The translations under genes were made by a program, and so were the position numbers. The notes beneath the pieces are model-generated. The model saw only the letters and a program-made list of their open reading frames with translations. It had not been told where the DNA came from and ran no database searches. From positions 1 to 39,924 of the forward strand of contig CAZNWR010000002.1 of the NCBI GenBank assembly GCA_964576645.1: a stretch of 39,924 bases of DNA, written 5' to 3'. Each line of letters starts with the position of its first letter. The first letter of the stretch is position 1. This document shows, in pieces, positions 17,122 through 25,316 of this stretch. The DNA comes from an uncultured Enterobacteriaceae bacterium. GTDB taxonomy: Bacteria; Pseudomonadota; Gammaproteobacteria; Eutrophobiales; Eutrophobiaceae.

Positions 17122-19134
17122 TCATGGGGCGGCTTCGAGATCGTGCAGCTGGGTGGCGGCCGGATTCCGTGGGTCGGGCCAGATGGCCAGCGCAGTTTTG
17201 AAGTGCTGCCGGGCGCGGGCGGTTTCGCCCTCCTGCAATGCGATTTCACCCGCCAGGCGCGCGGGAGTCGCCAGGTCGCGTTTGGTCAATGCCTGTGAAC
17301 GCAGCCGAATTGCCGCTTCCAGTTGCCTGCGCACCAGCTTCGGACGGGTACGCACCAGCCCCTTGTCGATGAGCCTTTCCGCCACCATCAAGCTGCCGAG
17401 ATATTGATCGCAGGCACCGGGGTGCGGTTTCGCCGCAATGCGGACAAAGTCCCGGCTATGTACGCCCAGCCATAGACGGCAATAATCCTTGCGCAACAGC
17501 AGGGCATCCATACGCTCCCAGGGTTCCCTGGGAAAGGGGCGCGCCGCGATTCGCTGAAAAAAGTTCACAATTCGAGGATCGGCCACGACGCGCTGTTCCG
17601 CACCGCGGTGGGGATCCACCTTGAAATACAGCCCATAGTCATCCGCGGTGAAGCTGTTGGGAAAATCGTTGGCGTAAAAAACCGGGCGGGCCGAGGCACT
17701 GATAAACCGGTCGAACAATGACTTCACGTCTGCCGCTGACAGCAGATATGGCCGATACATGCGGCCTTTGAAGAAAAAGCGCCTGCCACTTTGCAGTTCG
17801 ATATCCGGCCTGATACCGAGCACCCGGTGCAGGTAGCCCACGGGCCCGTTTATGGAGTCGGCATTGGCGTAGAACACCGCACCCACGGGCAGGGAACGTA
17901 GCAGCGCAAGTCCGTTTTCCTGCGCCCAGTGATCGTGGCCGCGGTAGTTTTCAGATACGTTCGCCAGCCAGGTTGTTCCTGCCAGAACCATCACCAGTCC
18001 CAAGCGAACGTAAGCCTTCCCCACGCGCTCACGCAGTCGCGGCTCCAACCACTCGCTGACATTCGCCGCCCCCAGAGCCAGCCACAGTGCACAGATCCCA
18101 TAAGGCAGGTGCGGATACACGCGGAAGGTTTCCCTGTGCAGCAGGTCGTAATTGAACCCCAGTAGGCCGATCAGCAGAAAGGTACCGCCCAGGTAACCGG
18201 CGAGCAGGCCCCAGCATTCCCAGCGCCCCCATTCCCGCCATTGCCGCACCAGGCCCAACAGCACCAGTACGCCGCCCACCGGTCCGAATTGGTTTACCGT
18301 CTGCTCCAGCACGAATTTTCCGAACTGCAGCTTGTCCCACCAGCCCGCGCTCAGGTCCCGGTCCACGCTCCGGTAGCCTTCGCGACTCACGTAAAGCCAG
18401 AAGTCATGCCAGTTGGAAATGGGACCGTAATAACAGAATCCCGGCACGGCATGGGTCCGGTAAATCAGCCAGAGATACGGTGTCAGTCCGGCCGCCAGTC
18501 CCGCCGCCGCGGCCGGCCAGTGGCGCCACAGCTGCCGGCGAGCCGGCCAAAGCACCAGCACCAGCGCCGGCGTGGACAGGATCATCAGCGGCCAGTGGTT
18601 GCTCAGTGACAGACCGTAGAGCAGGGCGACCACCAGTATCCGGCGTCCGGTCACTTCATCCGGTGCACGCGCCCCGCGCACGGCCAGATACAACAGTAGA
18701 AAGAACAGCAGCGCATTCAGGCTATAAACCTTGGCAATGATCGCCTGCGACCAGAACACCGCGGAGAACCCGAATGAAAGCGCCGCCAGAGTGGCAAACA
18801 GGCGCTGGCGCAGCAACAAATCAGCCAGACGCCAAAGTGCAATACAGGCAAGTGCGCCGAACAAACCGCTCAGCGCGTGTACCCGAAACGCCACCGTGCC
18901 CACCGGAACGAGGGTGGCCAGATGAGCGAACACCATAAATAAGGGATATCCCGGCGGATGTGCGATCCCGTTGAAGTACGCGGCCGTGACAAAATAGCCG
19001 TCGTCGCCCAGCACTACCGAATTGGTAGTGGACCACAGGTAACAACCGAATACCGCCAGGAATACGAGCGACTGATGAACACGGTCGTACGCAAGCGGCC
19101 CCGGATCGTACGTCAGCCATCTGAACCGCTTCAT
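17122..19134 (-). CDS. DUF2723/TMEM260-like polytopic membrane protein with C-terminal TPR-like tail (GT-C candidate), paralogue 1
   Basis: 670 aa. VVLGDDGYFVTAAYFNGIAHPPGYPLFMVFAHLA follows TM1, which is the hallmark DUF2723 motif. More than 10 hydrophobic segments are followed by a soluble C-terminal half ending in TPR-like helices. Confidence 0.75.
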   Translation of the reverse strand: MKRFRWLTYDPGPLAYDRVHQSLVFLAVFGCYLWSTTNSVVLGDDGYFVTAAYFNGIAHPPGYPLFMVFAHLATLVPVGTVAFRVHALSGLFGALACIALWRLADLLLRQRLFATLAALSFGFSAVFWSQAIIAKVYSLNALLFFLLLYLAVRGARAPDEVTGRRILVVALLYGLSLSNHWPLMILSTPALVLVLWPARRQLWRHWPAAAAGLAAGLTPYLWLIYRTHAVPGFCYYGPISNWHDFWLYVSREGYRSVDRDLSAGWWDKLQFGKFVLEQTVNQFGPVGGVLVLLGLVRQWREWGRWECWGLLAGYLGGTFLLIGLLGFNYDLLHRETFRVYPHLPYGICALWLALGAANVSEWLEPRLRERVGKAYVRLGLVMVLAGTTWLANVSENYRGHDHWAQENGLALLRSLPVGAVFYANADSINGPVGYLHRVLGIRPDIELQSGRRFFFKGRMYRPYLLSAADVKSLFDRFISASARPVFYANDFPNSFTADDYGLYFKVDPHRGAEQRVVADPRIVNFFQRIAARPFPREPWERMDALLLRKDYCRLWLGVHSRDFVRIAAKPHPGACDQYLGSLMVAERLIDKGLVRTRPKLVRRQLEAAIRLRSQALTKRDLATPARLAGEIALQEGETARARQHFKTALAIWPDPRNPAATQLHDLEAAP

Positions 19135-19280
19135 GATTTACGACTTGCACCGGGCCGGATTATCCATAAACGGCCAGACAGGATCCGGGCGGGTGACAGC
19201 GGGTATGGCCTATCGCGAGCACGAAGACCATGCCCGCCGGCAGGACCCGCTCGCCATTTGCTTCCGCCTTTCATGAATAA

Positions 19281-21113
19281 TCAAAGTTTACGGGCGCCGT
19301 TGCGCGCGGCAACTGTCCTCCGCATTGCAAACCGTAGAAGTATGCCAAACGCCAGCAGAAACGACGCGAGGCTCAGGTAATCGGCGAGACGCTGCCACCA
19401 GGGAATCGCAAACGGAAATTTTCGGTAGTGGGTAAATGCCAGCACGTCATTGCGCTGGTCCATGCGGAAATGATCACCCGGCCGGCATTGGTTGGACTTG
19501 CCGAACACGTAGCAGGCCGGATTGAACATCGCCACTTGGCCCGTTCGCGGATTCACGACCGGTCCGAGACGTACTTCGCGACGGGGGAACGTTTCCAGTC
19601 TGTACCCGAATATGGGCTGGTAGCAGGGCACCGGACTGGTCCCGTCGACAAAGCGGTCGTTCAGTGCCCTGCCGATCTGGTCAAAGGGCTGCTTTACACG
19701 CGTAACGGGCGGAACGTCCCCGCTCTTCCGTACACTGAAGTAACTGCGCGTGACCGGGCGCGGATCGTAGAGCAGAACACGGTTCGGCACCACATAACCC
19801 TGGAGGTTGACGGCGACAACTCCCGCGATCCCGGCGGCTGCAAGCCCTGACCTGAGCGCTGCTGAATCGACCCTGTCCAACACCATGGCCGAAATCAGAA
19901 TAACGACCGGAATGTCCGCGGCGATCCAGCGCAGGAACAGGAAGGTGCTCTCCAGGTATGGCAACTTTTTGAACAGCGCATCCAGACCGGGACTATGAAT
20001 GTTCATGATCACCGGCAACAGACATACCCCAACCAGGATCGCCAGCCGCAGCAGTGTAAATGCGCTGAGCCGGATCCGGCGCGTATCTCCTGCGCCGTGT
20101 CGCACCGCCAGCACCATTACCGCCGCCAGAAACACAAATACCGGCGCCGGCGTCACGCTGTACTGAAACTCGTGGAGTTCCACGAAATAGTTGGTGTGCA
20201 CAATCAGCCCGGGACGCGGAATGTAAGTACCTGCTGAAAACAGCGAATGCAGGACCACCAGGAAGGAGGTCCTGAAGTCCCTGAAACCCGGCACCGGGTA
20301 CAGGTCCCGGGGGAAGTGCGAGAGGAAAGCCATGGCCGGGACCAGCTTGAAGGCGGCCAGGCACAGGCTGAATGTCACGGCAGCCGCAAAGCACGGCCAG
20401 AAAGCGGTACGGCGCCCGCCGTGCAGCTCCGCCAGAACCCATATCCCCACCACACCCAGAAGTGACGGCCCGTAAATCACCGCACCACCCGACAGCAGCA
20501 GGTACGCCAGCATCAGCGCCGCCAACACCGCCCCCGCAACGGCTTTCCACATACGGAACCGATCCCCGGCGGGCAGCGGCGACAGCAGGCAAAGTGCAAT
20601 CGCGGGCACCAGCATGAAGGAATGAAACGTCAGGTGACCCGCCAGCATGCGATTGATATAGAAACTGTTGAACAGAAAACACGCGGCCGCAAACAGGGAC
20701 GTCGCCAGAGAGAGGTGAAAGCGGATCCGGCACAGCGCAAAAAAACCCCAGAAACCGGCCGCGGCGAACAGCACCACCGTCAGAAAGACGCTGCTCCGAG
20801 GGTCGGCCAGCAGCGTCAGGACCTGCGGTACCGAGTAGTAGAGATTCTGGGGATTCGGCACGAACGGCAGGCCCGCGCAAATGGCCGGCGTGAACCAGGG
20901 CACGGCCCAGGGACCGTTGTGCAGAAACCAGAAATACCCATTGAGCAGCGCCGGTAGAAAATACCCAAAATCCGCAGCCAGATAGTGTTCGGCAGGGGCG
21001 ATATATAGATGCGTGTTGTATATGAAGACCAACAGCAATATGAGGAATACAAACAGGCAGGTGGCCAAAGGCAGTTGTGGATCCGCCAGGATCGTGGGCC
21101 GGTCAATTTTCAT
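19281..21113 (-). CDS. Unclassified polytopic membrane protein (about 12 TM + periplasmic domain + terminal TM), tandem copy 1
   Basis: 610 aa. Codons ~48-583 are nucleotide-identical to the adjacent gene. The motif DFGYFLPALLNGYFWFLHNGPWAVPWFTPAICAGLPFVPNPQN follows TM1. I recognised no family motif, so the GT-C-like call rests on architecture and context only. Confidence 0.7.
   Translation of the reverse strand: MKIDRPTILADPQLPLATCLFVFLILLLVFIYNTHLYIAPAEHYLAADFGYFLPALLNGYFWFLHNGPWAVPWFTPAICAGLPFVPNPQNLYYSVPQVLTLLADPRSSVFLTVVLFAAAGFWGFFALCRIRFHLSLATSLFAAACFLFNSFYINRMLAGHLTFHSFMLVPAIALCLLSPLPAGDRFRMWKAVAGAVLAALMLAYLLLSGGAVIYGPSLLGVVGIWVLAELHGGRRTAFWPCFAAAVTFSLCLAAFKLVPAMAFLSHFPRDLYPVPGFRDFRTSFLVVLHSLFSAGTYIPRPGLIVHTNYFVELHEFQYSVTPAPVFVFLAAVMVLAVRHGAGDTRRIRLSAFTLLRLAILVGVCLLPVIMNIHSPGLDALFKKLPYLESTFLFLRWIAADIPVVILISAMVLDRVDSAALRSGLAAAGIAGVVAVNLQGYVVPNRVLLYDPRPVTRSYFSVRKSGDVPPVTRVKQPFDQIGRALNDRFVDGTSPVPCYQPIFGYRLETFPRREVRLGPVVNPRTGQVAMFNPACYVFGKSNQCRPGDHFRMDQRNDVLAFTHYRKFPFAIPWWQRLADYLSLASFLLAFGILLRFAMRRTVAARNGARKL
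19366..20974. repeat. Tandem direct repeat, unit 1 (1609 nt, apparently 100% identical to 21220-22828)
   Basis: Offset is 1854 nt. All nested six-frame ORFs translate identically in the two units. I checked the boundaries base by base (mismatches at 19365/21219 and 20975/22829). Confidence 0.9.
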
Positions 21114-21140
21114 CGGTGCTCTCGATGGTCCGGGCTCTCG

Positions 21141-22967
21141 CTAACCGGTGCTATGCTTCGCGTTGCTTGCTGCGCGTCGTAAAACCAAGAGCAGTACAGT
21201 AAACGCGAGCGCAAATGAAGCGAGGCTCAGGTAATCGGCGAGACGCTGCCACCAGGGAATCGCAAACGGAAATTTTCGGTAGTGGGTAAATGCCAGCACG
21301 TCATTGCGCTGGTCCATGCGGAAATGATCACCCGGCCGGCATTGGTTGGACTTGCCGAACACGTAGCAGGCCGGATTGAACATCGCCACTTGGCCCGTTC
21401 GCGGATTCACGACCGGTCCGAGACGTACTTCGCGACGGGGGAACGTTTCCAGTCTGTACCCGAATATGGGCTGGTAGCAGGGCACCGGACTGGTCCCGTC
21501 GACAAAGCGGTCGTTCAGTGCCCTGCCGATCTGGTCAAAGGGCTGCTTTACACGCGTAACGGGCGGAACGTCCCCGCTCTTCCGTACACTGAAGTAACTG
21601 CGCGTGACCGGGCGCGGATCGTAGAGCAGAACACGGTTCGGCACCACATAACCCTGGAGGTTGACGGCGACAACTCCCGCGATCCCGGCGGCTGCAAGCC
21701 CTGACCTGAGCGCTGCTGAATCGACCCTGTCCAACACCATGGCCGAAATCAGAATAACGACCGGAATGTCCGCGGCGATCCAGCGCAGGAACAGGAAGGT
21801 GCTCTCCAGGTATGGCAACTTTTTGAACAGCGCATCCAGACCGGGACTATGAATGTTCATGATCACCGGCAACAGACATACCCCAACCAGGATCGCCAGC
21901 CGCAGCAGTGTAAATGCGCTGAGCCGGATCCGGCGCGTATCTCCTGCGCCGTGTCGCACCGCCAGCACCATTACCGCCGCCAGAAACACAAATACCGGCG
22001 CCGGCGTCACGCTGTACTGAAACTCGTGGAGTTCCACGAAATAGTTGGTGTGCACAATCAGCCCGGGACGCGGAATGTAAGTACCTGCTGAAAACAGCGA
22101 ATGCAGGACCACCAGGAAGGAGGTCCTGAAGTCCCTGAAACCCGGCACCGGGTACAGGTCCCGGGGGAAGTGCGAGAGGAAAGCCATGGCCGGGACCAGC
22201 TTGAAGGCGGCCAGGCACAGGCTGAATGTCACGGCAGCCGCAAAGCACGGCCAGAAAGCGGTACGGCGCCCGCCGTGCAGCTCCGCCAGAACCCATATCC
22301 CCACCACACCCAGAAGTGACGGCCCGTAAATCACCGCACCACCCGACAGCAGCAGGTACGCCAGCATCAGCGCCGCCAACACCGCCCCCGCAACGGCTTT
22401 CCACATACGGAACCGATCCCCGGCGGGCAGCGGCGACAGCAGGCAAAGTGCAATCGCGGGCACCAGCATGAAGGAATGAAACGTCAGGTGACCCGCCAGC
22501 ATGCGATTGATATAGAAACTGTTGAACAGAAAACACGCGGCCGCAAACAGGGACGTCGCCAGAGAGAGGTGAAAGCGGATCCGGCACAGCGCAAAAAAAC
22601 CCCAGAAACCGGCCGCGGCGAACAGCACCACCGTCAGAAAGACGCTGCTCCGAGGGTCGGCCAGCAGCGTCAGGACCTGCGGTACCGAGTAGTAGAGATT
22701 CTGGGGATTCGGCACGAACGGCAGGCCCGCGCAAATGGCCGGCGTGAACCAGGGCACGGCCCAGGGACCGTTGTGCAGAAACCAGAAATACCCATTGAGC
22801 AGCGCCGGTAGAAAATACCCAAAATCCGTGCCAAGTTTGGGTGTCGACGAGGACAGGTACCAATGGACATTGTTAACGAATACGCCCATGAGCACGATAA
22901 ACACAAGGAGGCAGATCGCGGCCGGCAGTTTCCAACCCCGCCGGACAATGAAGCGGGGGACAACCAT
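21141..22967 (-). CDS. Unclassified polytopic membrane protein, tandem copy 2
   Basis: 608 aa from ATG 22967. I chose this start because MVVPRFIVRRGWKLPAAICLLVFIVLMGVF aligns with the copy 1 N-terminus and lies exactly one repeat period (1854 nt) from the copy 1 start. The ORF-track start at 23126 would add a Cys-rich 53-aa extension. Confidence 0.65.
   Translation of the reverse strand: MVVPRFIVRRGWKLPAAICLLVFIVLMGVFVNNVHWYLSSSTPKLGTDFGYFLPALLNGYFWFLHNGPWAVPWFTPAICAGLPFVPNPQNLYYSVPQVLTLLADPRSSVFLTVVLFAAAGFWGFFALCRIRFHLSLATSLFAAACFLFNSFYINRMLAGHLTFHSFMLVPAIALCLLSPLPAGDRFRMWKAVAGAVLAALMLAYLLLSGGAVIYGPSLLGVVGIWVLAELHGGRRTAFWPCFAAAVTFSLCLAAFKLVPAMAFLSHFPRDLYPVPGFRDFRTSFLVVLHSLFSAGTYIPRPGLIVHTNYFVELHEFQYSVTPAPVFVFLAAVMVLAVRHGAGDTRRIRLSAFTLLRLAILVGVCLLPVIMNIHSPGLDALFKKLPYLESTFLFLRWIAADIPVVILISAMVLDRVDSAALRSGLAAAGIAGVVAVNLQGYVVPNRVLLYDPRPVTRSYFSVRKSGDVPPVTRVKQPFDQIGRALNDRFVDGTSPVPCYQPIFGYRLETFPRREVRLGPVVNPRTGQVAMFNPACYVFGKSNQCRPGDHFRMDQRNDVLAFTHYRKFPFAIPWWQRLADYLSLASFALAFTVLLLVLRRAASNAKHSTG
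21220..22828. repeat. Tandem direct repeat, unit 2
   Basis: See unit 1. Confidence 0.9.
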
Positions 22968-23037
22968 CAGAAATGCACCCCGGCCCCGAGATTCATCGGG
23001 GCAGTATTGGAGAAAATCGCAGATCCCGCCATGTTTG

Positions 23038-23053
23038 CGCACGGACAGCGCCA
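23038..23053 (-). promoter_or_regulatory. Weak candidate sigma54 promoter upstream of tandem copy 2
   Basis: The minus strand reads TGGCGC-TGTCC-GTGCG, with GG and GC at the correct -24/-12 spacing about 70 nt upstream of ATG 22967. The -12 region is off consensus, and a chance match is possible in GC-rich DNA. Confidence 0.3.
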
Positions 23054-23264
23054 ATGGGCAGGCACATTTGTCTCGCGCTTGACGTATCCCGAACAGGCCG
23101 CAACACTGGTCTAAACCTGCCGGCACCGCCCGAATGGAAATTGATTGCGACTTTCATAAAAAGTTACGGTACCCGATCAACGCCGCCCTGTCCCGTCCAG
23201 CCGTCTCCCGGATCGCAGCCCACCGGCGCCGCCGCCCCACAGGCACATACATCCGAAGTGATAA

Positions 23265-25316
23265 TTACTTGTTTGAATCCCCCGTACCCGTTTCCCTGAA
23301 CAGGCGGTAAGCGGGATTCTTATAAGAGTTCCAGATTGAGATGGATTGGGCAAAGTATCTATGCGCCGACTTTCGGTGCCCGAGCGCAAGTTCGGCGCGC
23401 CCCGTTTGCGTTTCCAACCCGGCACGGTCATCGACCGTCACCGCCTGGTCGGCCTGGCGCCGCGCATCCTGCAGAAGCTTCAGCACGGCGGCGGCATCCG
23501 GATGCGGCTGGTTCAGTCTCGCGGTCGCGCGCTCCAGTAGCCCATGATAATCGCTGCAGCGAAGTGCCAGCATCCGGGTCAACCGTCGCTGTTCAAGCGG
23601 AGACGGCGCGTGGATTTTCAAGGCGGACAGAAGATGGCAATACATGTCAGTTAGCTGGCGATAGTGTATCAATTCGCTCAGATCCCGGGGCGGCCCCGCG
23701 CGGAACATATTATCAAAATAGGCCTGGATCCTGGGGGTCAGAATCGCCACCTCGTCTGTGACCGGATGATTTCTGTAGACGCGCCAATACAATCCGTAAA
23801 AGACACTGCCGCCGCTGTGCGGCAGTTCCATGGCAAAGTAGACCGGGGATTTTGTACGCGCCAGGAATTTGTCCACCGCGGCGTGAACCGTAGCCTTGCT
23901 CAGATTGTAGGCGCTGTAGAGTCTGTTCTTAAACAGCTGGCCCCTTACAACGTACATGCTAACGTCGGGACGTACGTGTTCGATGCGGTGCAGGTAGCCA
24001 ACGGGACCGACTACATAATCTCCGGAAGCAAAAAATACGGCGCCCCTGGGCAGCGTGTCCAGAACGGTACGGGCATAATCTTCGGCCCAGTGGTCCCGGG
24101 CCTGGTAGTTGTTGCCGGCATTCGCCAACCAGGTCGTCCCCACCAGCAACAGCACCGCTCCCCAGCGCAGGTATTCCGTCCTCGCCCACCCCTCCAATTT
24201 CCCCTCCAACCAGCCGATCATCACCTGCGCCCCCAGCCCCAGCCACAGCGCGCATATCCCGTATGACAAAACCGGATATACCCGGAACACATTCCGGTGC
24301 AGCAAGTCATAGTCGAAACCCAGCAATCCGATCAAAACGAAAGTTCCGCCCAGGTAGCCCAGCACCAGACCCCAACTCTCACAGCGCCGCCACCGTCTCC
24401 ACTGCCATACCAGCCCCAGCAGCATCGGCGCCCACCCCAGCGGGCCGAACTGCTCCAGGGTCTGCCTCAGCACGTAGCCGCCGAACCGCAACCTGTCCCA
24501 CCAGCCCGCGCCTATATCATGGTCCACCGTCCGATAGCCCTCGCGGCTCACGTAGAACCAGAAGTCGTGCCAATTCGAGATCGGTCCGTAGAAGCTGATT
24601 TCCGAAACACGTGAACGCACCACCATCCACAGATATGGCGTCAGCCCCAATGCGACAGCGGCGATCAGCAGCGGCCAGCGCTTGAAGAATTCCTTGCGCT
24701 TCGGCCACAACACCAGCGCCAGCGCAGGGGTGGACAGCACTATCAACGGCCAATGGTTACTGAGAGAAACCCCGTACAACAGCGCGATCCAATATGGTGT
24801 GCGGCTTCGGTTTGCAATCGCAACATCCCGACCGTAGTTCACGCACATCAGCAACAGCGAGAAGAACAACAGTGCATTCAGTGAATACACCTCGGCGACG
24901 ATGGACTGCGACCAGAAAACATCCGACCAGGCGAATGCGAGTGCGGGGATATAGGCCAGGGAAGATGACCGAAGCAGGCGCCGGGCAAGAACCCACAATA
25001 TGGCGCTTGCACCGGCGGCAAATAAAACGCTGAGCGCATGCACCCGGTACGCGACCGAACCTATCGGAACGAGCGTAGCCAGGTGCGCGAGTGCGGTATA
25101 AAGTGGGTAGCCGGGAGGGTGAGCAACGCCGTTGAAAAAAGCTTCGAGGACGAAGTAACCATCGTCATCAACCATTATTCCGCGCGGTGCGCTGGCCAGA
25201 CCATTGGCAAGAACCAGACCGAACACCACAAGCAGATGCGGGAAATATCGAGTGCGATCCCTCGCATCCAAACGGCTTCTCAGGATCACCGTCTGCTTAC
25301 ACCGCCTCTCAAGCAA
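23265..25316 (-). CDS. DUF2723/TMEM260-like polytopic membrane protein with TPR-like tail, paralogue 2
   Basis: About 683 aa. IMVDDDGYFVLEAFFNGVAHPPGYPLYTALAHLA. Colinear with 17122-19134 throughout. The proposed TTG start at 25316 is preceded by GGAAGGAG and overlaps the upstream stop by 8 nt. GTG 25289 is an alternative. The ORF-track ATG at 25439 would overlap the upstream gene by 131 nt. Confidence 0.7.
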   Translation of the reverse strand: MLERRCKQTVILRSRLDARDRTRYFPHLLVVFGLVLANGLASAPRGIMVDDDGYFVLEAFFNGVAHPPGYPLYTALAHLATLVPIGSVAYRVHALSVLFAAGASAILWVLARRLLRSSSLAYIPALAFAWSDVFWSQSIVAEVYSLNALLFFSLLLMCVNYGRDVAIANRSRTPYWIALLYGVSLSNHWPLIVLSTPALALVLWPKRKEFFKRWPLLIAAVALGLTPYLWMVVRSRVSEISFYGPISNWHDFWFYVSREGYRTVDHDIGAGWWDRLRFGGYVLRQTLEQFGPLGWAPMLLGLVWQWRRWRRCESWGLVLGYLGGTFVLIGLLGFDYDLLHRNVFRVYPVLSYGICALWLGLGAQVMIGWLEGKLEGWARTEYLRWGAVLLLVGTTWLANAGNNYQARDHWAEDYARTVLDTLPRGAVFFASGDYVVGPVGYLHRIEHVRPDVSMYVVRGQLFKNRLYSAYNLSKATVHAAVDKFLARTKSPVYFAMELPHSGGSVFYGLYWRVYRNHPVTDEVAILTPRIQAYFDNMFRAGPPRDLSELIHYRQLTDMYCHLLSALKIHAPSPLEQRRLTRMLALRCSDYHGLLERATARLNQPHPDAAAVLKLLQDARRQADQAVTVDDRAGLETQTGRAELALGHRKSAHRYFAQSISIWNSYKNPAYRLFRETGTGDSNK

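Noticed and set aside
19993-22863. 295-aa and 338-aa same-strand alternative-frame ORFs (19993-20880, 21847-22863) inside the duplicated genes
   Set aside because: They are Gly/Arg/Ala/Pro-rich out-of-frame translations of the membrane-protein genes. The main frame gives coherent TM segments along the full length.
22968-23126. 53-codon Cys-rich N-terminal extension of tandem copy 2 (ORF-track start 23126)
   Set aside because: ATG 22967 lies exactly one repeat period (1854 nt) from the copy 1 start, and the sequence from there aligns with the copy 1 N-terminus. The extension has no counterpart in copy 1.
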